From an uncultured bacterium (lineage in GTDB: Bacteria > Chloroflexota > UBA5177 > JANWHV01), in contig CAWHAE010000010.1 of assembly GCA_963827235.1 (NCBI GenBank), positions 992,001-1,056,000 on the forward strand: 64,000 nt of DNA, read 5' to 3'. Every line of letters begins with the position of its first letter. Positions within the stretch are counted from its first letter, which is position 1. The translations under genes and the position numbers were made by a program. This document shows positions 1-11,211 of this stretch, one piece after another. The notes under the pieces are model-generated. The model did not search any database. It was given only the letters and a program-made list of their open reading frames with translations, and was not told the origin of the DNA.

Positions 1-2
1 GC

Positions 3-569
3 CAGTTCCCGCTCGGAGGCATGAGCGACCCGGGCGCCGGTCCGCACCTCTTTCACCAGCAGGGCGTCCCCACTCTGATCTGCGAATGCCTGCGCGAAAG
101 CCTCGGGCCACGGCATCTGGGCGCCAACCTGCAGTCCCACGCCTGCAGGGTCGTGCACGAACGTAGCCAGCCAGCTCTGTTCGTCACGCCGAGCGAGCAC
201 GATCGCGCCCACTTGCAGGCTATCGGCGAGCAGCGCCAGCAAGTTGGCTATCGTCGTACCTGCGTCTGACGCTCCGCCCTCTGTCAGACTGGCCAGTTGT
301 TCCACCCAGCCGGCCATATCCGCTCCTGCCCCTGCGCCGGCCTGCCGCGCCTCGGCCCGGGTCACGGCCTCGGCATGCTCCTCCACTTGGTGGCGAAGCT
401 CTCGCCACCGGGCGTAGCGTTCCACGTCCGGAAGCATGAATCGGTAGGCACCGCCCGGCACACGATAGGCGACATTTAGCTGGCCGGCCTTCACGGCCCG
501 CAGCACGCTGCTTCGCGAGATGCCCAGGATGCGCGCTGCCTGCGCGCAGGTCAGATAGGTGCCTGCCAT
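3..569 (-). CDS. Excisionase-type HTH protein with a probable GAF-like C-terminal region (runs off the window edge)
   Basis: Manual translation from ATG at 569 gives MAGTYLTCAQAARILGISRSSVLRAVKAGQLNVAYRVPGGAYRF, an HTH_17/Xis-like pattern. The frame stays open to the edge (LLALLADSLQVGAIVLARRDEQSWLATFVHD). Missing from the ORF track because it has no stop. Confidence 0.65.
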   Translation of the reverse strand, partial: MAGTYLTCAQAARILGISRSSVLRAVKAGQLNVAYRVPGGAYRFMLPDVERYARWRELRHQVEEHAEAVTRAEARQAGAGAGADMAGWVEQLASLTEGGASDAGTTIANLLALLADSLQVGAIVLARRDEQSWLATFVHDPAGVGLQVGAQMPWPEAFAQAFADQSGDALLVKEVRTGARVAHASEREL

Positions 570-710
570 GCCCGCCCTGCCTCTGCTCGCCACCTGTTTC
601 CCGCGCGTAGCGATCATAGCGCTCTGCGGTCGCCGGCGCAATCACACGTGGCCGGTCCACTTGGGCAGGCACCCAACCAGCTCGCATTCTGAGTTCTGAC
701 GCATCCGCCT

Positions 711-1109
711 CACTGGCAGGATACCGGCCATGTCTTCAGCACCAGTGACGGCACGCCCTATCACCCTGACGCTCTGACGCACCTCTTCCGCAAGGTGGCC
801 GATGCCGCGGGCATGCCGAAGGTGCATCTGCACAGCCTGTGGCAAAGCGCGGCGGCACTCGCGATCGCCAGCGGTGTAGGCATCAAGGTCGTCTCCGCGC
901 GGCTGGGCCACAGCCGAATAGCCATCACCCTCGACCTCTACGCCTACTTGCTGGATGGCCAGGATGCAGCCGCGGCCGAGGGCGTAGGCGCTCTGCTTTT
1001 CCCGGCCAAGAAGGGCCCGGAAGCCGAACCCGAAACCCCCATCCTGGAGGCCGCCGAAACATCGCGGCCACCTACGGGCCACCTGGACGCAGAAAACCGG
1101 CCCGCATAG
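711..1109 (+). pseudogene. Tyrosine integrase C-terminal remnant
   Basis: HWQDTGHVFSTSDGTPYHPDALTHLFRKVADAAGMPKVHLHSLWQS...SARLGHSRIAITLDLYAYL. The HxLRH box reads HSLWQ, there is no N-terminal part, and the stop lies 14 nt from the tRNA 3' end. Confidence 0.85.
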
Positions 1110-1119
1110 GAGCCGGCTT
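1092..1119 (-). terminator. Intrinsic terminator after tRNA-Arg
   Basis: Minus strand gccggctcctatgcgggccggttttc: GC stem followed by a T run directly after CCA. Confidence 0.55.
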
Positions 1120-1123
1120 ACTC

Positions 1124-1199
1124 TGGTACGCCCGGGGGGACTCGAACCCTCAACCTTCAGATCCGGAATCTGACGCTCTATCCATTGAGCCACGGGCGC
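1124..1199 (-). tRNA. tRNA-Arg(CCG)
   Basis: GCGCCCGTGGCTCAATGGATAGAGCG-TCAGA-TTCCGGA-TCTGA-AGGTTGAGGGTTCGAGTCCCCCCGGGCGTACCA: full cloverleaf with encoded CCA. Confidence 0.97.
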
Positions 1200-1593
1200 A
1201 TTACTGCGAGATGAGTGTACGCCAGCCGGCGGCATTAGGCAAGAACTACTCACGACCGCTCACGACCGCACGACCGCGCCACCTCGGCGTTGACAGGAGC
1301 ACAGCCCTACCGACCTCGCCCGGGCTGCGGTACAACATAGCAAGGGGTTTTGCGCGGTTTGTCCGGCATTTGGCGCCCGGACACGTCCGTCGAGTAGCAT
1401 CATAGATGCACGGCACGCCGCGGGCGGGAGTAGCGTGCCCAGTCCGGTTCGTGGTACGTTCGGTGCGCATGGGCGGCAGGGCCGCTGGATACGGCAGGGA
1501 TTCCATCTATCATCGGCGCCGCCGCGGCCGAATATCGCCCGAGCCGCGTTGTACCGCCAGGCGGCTGGGGCTGAAGAGGATGCATGGACTGCG

Positions 1594-2637
1594 ATGGCTA
1601 GAGTAATTGAAATCGAACGCCAACAGATCAGTATCGATGCGCCGCAGGCCGTCGTCCTCGACCTCATCGCCCACGTCGACTACTCCTGCCTGCCCGGCTC
1701 CGGCCGGTCGGTCACCGTCATGTCGCGAGACGGTCAACACGTGGTGGCCGCCTTTTCTACCGCGACTCTGCACGCGCAGATTAATATGGTGAAGGAAATC
1801 GTGCCGGCTCCTCCCGACCGCGTCACCTACCGGCATGTCGCCGGCCCATACGTAGGCGCCGACGAGGAGCTCTACGTGCTCGCGCGGCGCGAGGCCACGG
1901 ACGTGTTGCTCGACGCCCGCTTCAGCCTGGCGGAGGGCAGCTCTGCCCAGCTACACAAGTTCGCCTTCGAGCACGAGGCGCAACAGCACCTGCGCGATAT
2001 CAAGGCGGCCGCGGAGTCACGCGGGCAGACCCAGGAGCAGGCGGAGGAACCGGCCTCAATGCTCTCGCTGCTTCCGGACGATCCGGACGAGAAACAGCTG
2101 CTGCAGGCCGTGGACGCGCAGGAGGAAGCCGAATGGGGCCACATCGGCCACGGTCGCGGCGTGGCGCGAGTGGCCATAAGCCTCGCCGAATCGATCATGC
2201 TGCCCAGACGCCAGATCGATACCCTGGTGCGCGCCGCCCTCCTGCACGACATCGGCAAGGTCGCCGTACCCAGCGCGCTCTGGGGAACACTCGGCCGGAT
2301 CAGCGCGGAGGATCGCGAGGTCATGCAGGCCCACGCCGCGCTCGGCGCCGACCTCGCGGAGCGCGCCGGCCTGCCGGAGTCCGTGCTCCACTGCATCCGC
2401 CATCACCACGAGCGCTGGGACGGCGGCGGCTATCCCGGGCACCTGGCGGGCGAGAACATTCCTCTGCGCGCCCGTATCCTGGCGATCGGCGAGTGCGTTG
2501 ACACGATGATGCGTGCCTCGTACCGGCGCGAGACCCTGGGCACCACCCGAATTCTCGAGGCGCTCGAACGCGGCGCCGGGTCGGCCTGGGATCCCATGCT
2601 GGCACGGGAGACTCAGCGCATCATCAAGGGCAAGTAG
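1594..2637 (+). CDS. SRPBCC/START-like domain fused to an HD-GYP phosphohydrolase
   Basis: N-terminus ERQQISIDAPQAVVLDLIAHVD is START-like. C-terminus has LHDIGK, HHHERWDGGGYP and IPLRARILAI. Confidence 0.85.
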   Translation: MARVIEIERQQISIDAPQAVVLDLIAHVDYSCLPGSGRSVTVMSRDGQHVVAAFSTATLHAQINMVKEIVPAPPDRVTYRHVAGPYVGADEELYVLARREATDVLLDARFSLAEGSSAQLHKFAFEHEAQQHLRDIKAAAESRGQTQEQAEEPASMLSLLPDDPDEKQLLQAVDAQEEAEWGHIGHGRGVARVAISLAESIMLPRRQIDTLVRAALLHDIGKVAVPSALWGTLGRISAEDREVMQAHAALGADLAERAGLPESVLHCIRHHHERWDGGGYPGHLAGENIPLRARILAIGECVDTMMRASYRRETLGTTRILEALERGAGSAWDPMLARETQRIIKGK

Positions 2638-2650
2638 CGCGCCGCCTTCC

Positions 2651-4318
<1,668 letters not shown>

Positions 4319-4700
4319 CGTGCGTCCCTCCCGCGGCGGCGGTCGTGGACCGGTTTCCGGGGCCTAACCGCTTGCAGCCGCGATTCATCCACCGATATAT
4401 GCCAAAACAGCATCACACAAGCATATCATTGCACAGTAGACTAACCAGTAGCCTCGCAAATAGCTATAAAGTCAAAGGCCGTTTGTACCGCTGGCTGGCG
4501 GATAGAGGGTCTCCGCAAGTTAGTACCATTAGGCTATGGGTGCAGCCGGCAGCGCGTGGCACAATCATGGCAGCCGCTGGACGACACGTCGGTCAGTGAG
4601 GGAGCGCAATTCAGCGGCGGGTGCAGGTGGATCGACACCAGGCTGCCGTGATCGAGTTGGCGTTCGCAGTGGTGCGCCGTGTGAACAGGTAGGTATACTG

Positions 4701-4904
4701 ATGGAAGAGACGAAATTGCTGGCGGTCACCAAGCAAGAGGCTGAGCTGCTGATGGATAGCTTCAAGGTGTCGAACCCAATCACCCGGAACATCGCCCTCA
4801 AGGCCGCCGGTTTGGTGCTCGAGTTTGCTTCTGAAGAAGAGGTCCGCGACGCGCAGCGCATGGTGGATAGCGCCCTCAAGCTGGATATAGAAGCCTTCTC
4901 GTAG
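4701..4904 (+). CDS. Small hypothetical protein
   Basis: 67-aa ORF with protein-like composition; its stop overlaps the next GTG start. Confidence 0.7.
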   Translation: MEETKLLAVTKQEAELLMDSFKVSNPITRNIALKAAGLVLEFASEEEVRDAQRMVDSALKLDIEAFS

Positions 4905-5488
4905 TGCGGATATCCGAACGAAAGCGACAACTTCGCGAGTCCGGGGGTAACCCGGAAGTACTCGCCCAGCGACAAACCTTGCGGGCCGCGGCTCAGGCAC
5001 AGCCGGTGGCCCGCAAGGCTTCTGTGCGTTCGCGCCCGGATACGGGTTCCAGAACGGGCGGCAAGTCTGCTGTTACCCCTGCCAAAGCGCGCACGCGCAA
5101 GCCGCGAGGATCCGGGTTCTACACCGGGTTCGGGCTGTTCGGTCTCTGCTTCTCCGTCATATTCGGCATCTCGACCTACACCACCTATAACTCGGATACC
5201 ACTAAGTACCCTGCCAAGGTTGCCGCCTACAATGCAGCTGAGGCCACGTATAGCAAGCAGCTCACGGCGTACAACACGGCCGTGGCCAAGCATGCCAAGA
5301 CGATTCCCGCCAAGCCGAAGGCCCCGCAGAAACCCACCAAGCCGGAGCTCAACGCGGGCTCCTTTGCCCTCCCGGTGCTGTACGCCCTGCTCTCCATTGC
5401 CTATCTGTACCTGGGCTACAGGGCACGCATGCAGAGCGCCGCGGCGGCCAGGGGGCCGCCGGCAAAGTCGACCGGCAGCAAGGACTGA
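4904..5488 (+). CDS. Two-TM membrane protein
   Basis: Hydrophobic segments FGLFGLCFSVIFGI and FALPVLYALLSIAYLYLG around an Ala/Lys/Pro-rich loop. Confidence 0.75.
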   Translation: MRISERKRQLRESGGNPEVLAQRQTLRAAAQAQPVARKASVRSRPDTGSRTGGKSAVTPAKARTRKPRGSGFYTGFGLFGLCFSVIFGISTYTTYNSDTTKYPAKVAAYNAAEATYSKQLTAYNTAVAKHAKTIPAKPKAPQKPTKPELNAGSFALPVLYALLSIAYLYLGYRARMQSAAAARGPPAKSTGSKD

Positions 5489-5680
5489 CTACACTTCCCG
5501 ACGCCTCAACGCCAGGCTGGCCGCGGCGCTGCCGACGATCGCCAGAAGGACACCCCCGACCAACGGGTACACCAGGTCGGATGCGCCACAAGCACCGCTC
5601 AGCAAGGTGGAGCCATGTGCGGTCACACCCGTGGGCAGGCAGTCACCGAGCGGCGTCCACAGCGCGGGAAGCGTAGACAG
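5489..5680 (-). pseudogene. Orphan 3' fragment of an ABC permease, paralogous to 45622-46392
   Basis: Translates LSTLPALWTPLGDCLPTGVTAHGSTLLSGACGASDLVYPLVGGVLLAIVGSAAASLALRRREV*, colinear with LSTLPALWSPLGDSLPMSITGHAHALLSGAWG...LALRRQEA*. An in-frame TAA lies just upstream. Confidence 0.85.
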
Positions 5681-5834
5681 AAGAAGCTGTTAGGCAGTCG
5701 CACGCACCTTCCACAGGTGGTAACGGCAAGCGTGGGAAATCCTTTCGCGAGCACACGAGAGGCACATGGTGACGGCAAGAGCGGCCAGGCGGGGGTGGCT
5801 CGCGTGAGGAGCGGCACTGAGACAGGCGGAATCG

Positions 5835-5868
5835 AGAAGGGGCCCATCCGTACGGATGGGCCCCTTCT
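5835..5868. terminator. Perfect 34-bp palindrome at the tRNA-Met 3' end (terminator-like)
   Basis: agaaggggcccatccgt|acggatgggccccttct. Confidence 0.65.
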
Positions 5869-5942
5869 GGTTGCGGGGGTCGGATTCGAACCAACGACCT
5901 TCGGGTTATGAGCCCGACGAGCTGCCACTGCTCCACCCCGCA
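5868..5942 (-). tRNA. Initiator tRNA-fMet(CAT)
   Basis: TGCGGGGTGGAGCAGTGGCAGCTCG-TCGGG-CTCATAA-CCCGA-AGGTCGTTGGTTCGAATCCGACCCCCGCAACCA. The three consecutive G-C pairs in the anticodon stem are the initiator hallmark. Confidence 0.95.
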
Positions 5943-6013
5943 TAAGCAGTATGCAGTTGCCGGGCACCACCCGTCAAGCACGCCATCCACTTTGGGATAC
6001 GGTTCACGTCCGG

Positions 6014-9000
6014 TCAGCCGGACATGGCCTGCATCTCGAGCGAGGCCAACGTGGAGATGCCCGTTTCGCTCATGGTCACGCCATACAGCCTGTCGGCGTG
6101 CATCATAGTGCCGCGGTTATGGGTGACCAGGATGAACTGCGTGTCCGCACTCATCTCGCGCAGAATGGCACCGAAGCGTCCGGTATTCGCCTCGTCCAGC
6201 GCCGCTTCGACCTCATCCAGCAGACAGAAGGGCACCGGCCGCACCTTGAGCATTGCAAACAACAGCGCCATGGCCACCAGGGCGCGCTCTCCGCCGGACA
6301 GGAGCGCGAGGTCGCGCGCCCGTTTTCCCGGGGGCTGCACGCTCACTTCCAGACCAGCGGGCAAGCCGCGCTCGTCATACTGTGCCACCAGTCGGCAAGT
6401 CCCCCCGCCGAAGAGGCGCTCAAAGAAGGTGCAAAACTGCCTGTCCAGCTCCTCCACGGTGGATCGGAACCGCCCGCGCACGGTCTCGTTCGTATCCTCG
6501 ATGATCCCGCGCAGCCGCGCCACGCCTTCGTGAAGGTCCGCCGACTGTGTTCGCAAGAAGCTCAGGCGCTCCCCGGCACCGGCGTAGTCTTCCTCGGCGC
6601 GGGCGTTCACCGGCCCCATGCCGGCCAACAGGGCCCGCAGCGCCTTGATCCTCGACACCGCCCCGTGGGGCACCGGCTCGTCGGGCAGCTCTTCCACACC
6701 ACAGCGCAGCTCGGCGGAGACCTGCACGCGCAGCACCTCGAGATCGCGCGTCACGCTTTCCAGGTCCGCGTGAGCGGTATCGCAAACCACCTGAGCCTGG
6801 GTCAACTGCTGCGCTGCCTCGTGATAGGCCGCTCGCTGGGCCGTGAATCGCGACTCCTCGTCGCTCAGCCGCTCCTCGAGCGGCTGCAGATCCCGCTCGA
6901 GCGATCGCAGGGCCAGCGAAGTCTCTTGCTCCGTGGTCGCGGCGGCCTCGGCGGAAGCACGCAGCGAGGCGATTCGAGCGGCGGCCTCCTGTGCTGCCTG
7001 GGCGCAGCGAGCCAGGTCACCGTCTATGCCGGCCACGCGGGCCTGCTGCTCGACGAGCAACCGCTCGGCCGCCGTCGCGCGCTCGCGAAGTCGCGAGGCG
7101 GCCTGCTCGTCGTCGCGGCAGGCTGCGCCGGCAGCGGACAGCCGTTCGCGCGCTTTTTCATGGTCGCTCCGGGATCGCGCGAGCGCTTGCCGAGCGGCCT
7201 CGGCCTCGCCGCGCACCGTGGACTCGCGTGCCTGCTCGGCCTCGAGCCGCTTGCGCTTGTCGCCCAAGTCCTGTACCAGGCGTCGCGCAGGCGTCTCGGC
7301 TCCTACCACGGCGCGACGCGCCTGGTCGAGCAGTCGCTCCTGCACGCGCGACTCTTCCCGCGCGCGCGCCACGGCCTGAGTTGCCGCGTCCAGCGCGACG
7401 CGGGACGACGCGTGATCGCGCTGCGCCGCCTCGAGCCGCTCCCGCTCGCGGTCCAGCGTCGCCCCGGCGGTCGCCTCCCGTTCCGACAGCTCTGCGAGCG
7501 CTTCGCGCAGGACGACGATATCCCGCCTGCGCGCGATAACCTCACTCGCAGCTTCTTCCAGGCCGCAGACGATGGACCCGTCGGGCAGGGCGGCGATGGC
7601 GCGATCCAGCACCACGGCGCCGAGGCGGAGCGCGGGCAGCATTGGGCAGCAACGGATCAAGGCGTCCAGATCGGCGAGCAACAGCACGCGATCGAGCTCC
7701 AGCAGGCTGCACGCCGGCAGGCCCGCCGCGTCGTGGCACACATCGGAAGCCCAGCCGAGTACCTGGCGCGCGTCGACGGAGCTGCCCGCCAGCAGCCCGC
7801 GCAAGGCCTGGACAGGCTTCTCGGCGCCGTTCAGTGAGGCGACGCCCCAGCCGTGCGCGCTTCCGGCCAGCGACAGTATACGCAGGCGCCCGCCGCCGCC
7901 CGCGGTCTCGGCGATCAGATCGGCGGGCCGGTCGGAGAGCAGTGAGTCGGCCCTACCAGACAGGAACGTGGCCATCGAAACCTGCCATTCCGGGTCCACG
8001 TCGATCGCCTGCGACACGATGCCGCTAACCGCCCCGTGATTGGCGAGCTTCCGTACCGGCTCCTCGAAGCGTTCAAGGCCGTCGAGCCAGGACTGCAGCA
8101 CCGTGCACCGCGTGTTGAGCTGGTCGCTCTCCCGCGAGACCTCTCGCAGGGCGGCCTCCGCGGCCGAAGCAGCCCGGGAGACGGCTTCCACGCGTCGCCG
8201 CTCCACCTCTTCCGACTCCGCCGCGGCGGAGCGTGCTTTCTCGCATGCCGCGAGGGACGACTTCGCCGCGGCCAGGTCCCGCTCGACTTCGTCGAGCGCA
8301 GCCGCGGCCGCCGCCAGCTGGGCCTGCTGACGTTCCAGCTCTCCGGCGCCGCTCTCCAGTGAAGCAGTCAGCATGGCCACGGAGCCGGCAAGCTGCGAGG
8401 CGATTCGCGAGGCCTCATCGCTCCTGGCCTGCGCCCGCCGTTCTTCAGCGGCGACCCGGTCACGCTCCCGAGCCAATCCGGCCTGCGCGGCCCGACCGGC
8501 GGCCAGCCGGGCTTCCACCTCGGCGCGGTCGGCGTGAGCCTCGGCGCGGGCCTGCGCGGCCCGGGCCAGCGAGGACCGTTCGCGCTCGGCCGCGGAAGCC
8601 AAGCGCCTCTGCTCGGCGGTGGCCAGATCGAGGCGCTCCTCCGCTGCCTTGAGCTGCACACAGGCAACCTCGCGGTCGCGCTGCGAGGCAGCCGCCAATG
8701 CCATCTGCGACTTCAGCCGCTCCTGCAAGGCGTCGCGGGCCGCGCGATCGTCCTTCAGCCCTGCCGCGAGCGCGTCACCTTCTGCGGAGAGCTGGCGAAC
8801 CCGGCGTTGCGCCGCGTCGCGATGCGCAGTCGCGTCGTCGTCGCGCTGCCGGGCGAGCTGCAGGCGCATCGCCAGCCGGGCTGCCTGGGCACCAAACGAG
8901 ACCTGCTGCAGGCGCCGTAGCTCGCCCTCGGCCGTGCGGTAGTCCCGCAGGGCCTCGGCCTGGCGTGCCAGACTTTCGAGCTGGGGCGCCAATTCGGCGA

Positions 9001-9583
9001 CGAGGGCGTCCACGTGGACCAGGTTGGCCTCCGTCTGCTCCAGGCGCGACTCCGCCTCGTCTCGCCGCAGGTAGAACTGCTTGAGCCCTGCAAGATTCTC
9101 GATCACGGGACGGCGCTCCTCGGAGCGCAACGAGAGCACCGCGTCGACCAGTCCCTGGCCGACCACGACGTGACCGCCGGCATGAATAGATGCTCCCGCC
9201 AGCAGGTCGACGATCTCCCGCAGCCGGACGCGCACGCCGTTGAGCAGATACTCGTTTTCACCGGACCGGTAGGCCCGCCTGGTCACGCGCACCTCGCTAT
9301 AGGGCAGATCCAGCCATTGGCCGTCGTTCACGAAGACGAGAGAGACCTCGGCCACACCCAGGCTGGACCGGCGCGCGTTGCCGGCGAAGATCAGCTCGTC
9401 GGTAGAGCGGCAGCGAACGTGTCGCAGGTTCGACTCGCCCAGCGCCCAGCGCACCGCATCGGTGATGTTGCTCTTGCCGCTCCCGTTCGGGCCCACGATG
9501 GCCGTAATGCCCGGACGCAGATCGAGTGTCGTCCGCCCGGCGAACGTCTTGAAGCCCTGGAGCACAACACTCTGCAGATACAA
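6014..9583 (-). CDS. smc: Chromosome segregation protein SMC
   Basis: GPNGSGKSN Walker A, long coiled coils with a central hinge, LSGGE signature, LLDEVEAALD. Confidence 0.97.
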   Translation of the reverse strand: MYLQSVVLQGFKTFAGRTTLDLRPGITAIVGPNGSGKSNITDAVRWALGESNLRHVRCRSTDELIFAGNARRSSLGVAEVSLVFVNDGQWLDLPYSEVRVTRRAYRSGENEYLLNGVRVRLREIVDLLAGASIHAGGHVVVGQGLVDAVLSLRSEERRPVIENLAGLKQFYLRRDEAESRLEQTEANLVHVDALVAELAPQLESLARQAEALRDYRTAEGELRRLQQVSFGAQAARLAMRLQLARQRDDDATAHRDAAQRRVRQLSAEGDALAAGLKDDRAARDALQERLKSQMALAAASQRDREVACVQLKAAEERLDLATAEQRRLASAAERERSSLARAAQARAEAHADRAEVEARLAAGRAAQAGLARERDRVAAEERRAQARSDEASRIASQLAGSVAMLTASLESGAGELERQQAQLAAAAAALDEVERDLAAAKSSLAACEKARSAAAESEEVERRRVEAVSRAASAAEAALREVSRESDQLNTRCTVLQSWLDGLERFEEPVRKLANHGAVSGIVSQAIDVDPEWQVSMATFLSGRADSLLSDRPADLIAETAGGGGRLRILSLAGSAHGWGVASLNGAEKPVQALRGLLAGSSVDARQVLGWASDVCHDAAGLPACSLLELDRVLLLADLDALIRCCPMLPALRLGAVVLDRAIAALPDGSIVCGLEEAASEVIARRRDIVVLREALAELSEREATAGATLDRERERLEAAQRDHASSRVALDAATQAVARAREESRVQERLLDQARRAVVGAETPARRLVQDLGDKRKRLEAEQARESTVRGEAEAARQALARSRSDHEKARERLSAAGAACRDDEQAASRLRERATAAERLLVEQQARVAGIDGDLARCAQAAQEAAARIASLRASAEAAATTEQETSLALRSLERDLQPLEERLSDEESRFTAQRAAYHEAAQQLTQAQVVCDTAHADLESVTRDLEVLRVQVSAELRCGVEELPDEPVPHGAVSRIKALRALLAGMGPVNARAEEDYAGAGERLSFLRTQSADLHEGVARLRGIIEDTNETVRGRFRSTVEELDRQFCTFFERLFGGGTCRLVAQYDERGLPAGLEVSVQPPGKRARDLALLSGGERALVAMALLFAMLKVRPVPFCLLDEVEAALDEANTGRFGAILREMSADTQFILVTHNRGTMMHADRLYGVTMSETGISTLASLEMQAMSG

Positions 9584-9586
9584 GCG

Positions 9587-10897
9587 CTAGCGCCCTCCGG
9601 CCTCCATGGCCGCGGCGTGCGCCGGGAATCCCTCGTGGCGTGCCAGAGCGATAACACCAGGACGCAGGGCCGCTAATGCCGCCGGATCGAGCCGCGCTAC
9701 CGAGCTACGCTTGAGAAAAGTGTGCGCGGTCACGCCCGAGGACAGGCGAGCGAAGCCGCCGGTGGGCAGCGTGTTTGGGATGCCGACCGAGAAATTGGCG
9801 GCCGCGAACGGCGTGCCCTGTCCGAGCAAGATCTCGCCGGCATTGCGAACCTGCACGGCAAGGCCTTCCGGGGCCCGGACCGCGAGCTGCAGATGCTCCG
9901 GAGCATACTCGTCGACGAAGGCAAGTCCTGCTTCCAGGTCCGGGACCACGATGGCACCGCCGTATTGCGAGGTGGCAGCGGACGCGTAGGAGTGGCGCGG
10001 CTCAGGAAGCTCGGCGAGTCGGCGGCGGAATCGCTCCTCCACCCGGTCGAGCAGCGTGCCGCTCGTGATAAGCAGAAGCGCGGCCGAGTCCGACCCATGT
10101 TCGGCATCGTTGAGCAGATCCGCCGCCAGCAGGTCGGGATCGGCGTACTCGTCGGCCAGGATCAGCGCCTCGGAGGGGCCGTAGATCAGACCGACGGCTA
10201 CGCCGAAACGCTGCACGGCGAGCTGCGCGGCGGCAACGGCCGGGCTCGAAGGCCCGTCGATTCGCCTGACCGGGGCGATGCTCTCCGTGCCCAGTGCCAG
10301 GGCGGCCACGCCGGCCACACCATTGCAGCGATAGACCTCCGATACGCCAAGCCTGCCGGCCACTGCCAGCACGGCCGGGTCGACGTCGCCGCCGCCACCA
10401 GGCAACGGAGGCAGCACGGCGGCGATCGAGGGCACACCGGCGGTGACCGCGGGCGTGCCGAGGTGGATCATGACGGAGGGAAAGGAACCTTTCCGGCAAG
10501 GCACGTAGAGGCCCACGCGGTCCAGCGGGCCGGCCTGTTCGCCTACGTGGACGCCGGGCGCGATCTCCGCGCTCCAGCCGGAGTGCTCCACGATATGGCG
10601 GTTGAAGCTCCGCACGTTGGCGATTGCCTCGTCGATGCCGGCCAGTACCTGCGGTGCCAGGCTCTCAGTGGCCGCGGCGATGGCGCCGGCGGCGATTCTC
10701 AGGTCCTCCGCCCGGAGTGAGACGCCATCGTGCGTGGCGGTGGCGCGCACGAGCGCGTCGTCACCATGGAGCCTGACGTCCTCGATCACCGACTCCACGG
10801 AGAGACGGAGCTTGTCGTCGAACACCTCTCGCGAGGATCGGCGCATGATGAACGCCTTTTCATCCGGCGTCATTGTTTGCAGGTCGTAGCGTCTCAT
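9587..10897 (-). CDS. hisD: Histidinol dehydrogenase-family protein (divergent active site)
   Basis: PLDRVGLYVP, GPSE, AEHG, APEHL, LPTGGFAR, EGFPAHA; several canonical residues differ (see findings). Confidence 0.85.
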   Translation of the reverse strand: MRRYDLQTMTPDEKAFIMRRSSREVFDDKLRLSVESVIEDVRLHGDDALVRATATHDGVSLRAEDLRIAAGAIAAATESLAPQVLAGIDEAIANVRSFNRHIVEHSGWSAEIAPGVHVGEQAGPLDRVGLYVPCRKGSFPSVMIHLGTPAVTAGVPSIAAVLPPLPGGGGDVDPAVLAVAGRLGVSEVYRCNGVAGVAALALGTESIAPVRRIDGPSSPAVAAAQLAVQRFGVAVGLIYGPSEALILADEYADPDLLAADLLNDAEHGSDSAALLLITSGTLLDRVEERFRRRLAELPEPRHSYASAATSQYGGAIVVPDLEAGLAFVDEYAPEHLQLAVRAPEGLAVQVRNAGEILLGQGTPFAAANFSVGIPNTLPTGGFARLSSGVTAHTFLKRSSVARLDPAALAALRPGVIALARHEGFPAHAAAMEAGGR

Positions 10898-11211
10898 CGC
10901 CGATCTCCGGTGGCACACTGGTCAGAGCACTACCAGTCAGGTTACAGGATCGGTGGCCGGGTTGGGCCGGCATTGTCGCCGGGCTCAACGGCCATTCAAG
11001 CAAACGGGCGGGAATCTTGAACCGGCGGATCTTCGTCGTGCAAGCCACCCGATTCAACGACGCGGTGTCCAGGAAGCATGCGACGCCCCAAGCACCGGGT
11101 CATCCGGCGGCGCCAGGGTGGGACGCGTGCGCCTGCCGGCGTTCTCCAGCCAGCTCGGCGAGCGTCATGGCGCCGTGTCCGCAGTCTGCTCGACAGGCCC
11201 GCGGTTGCGGT

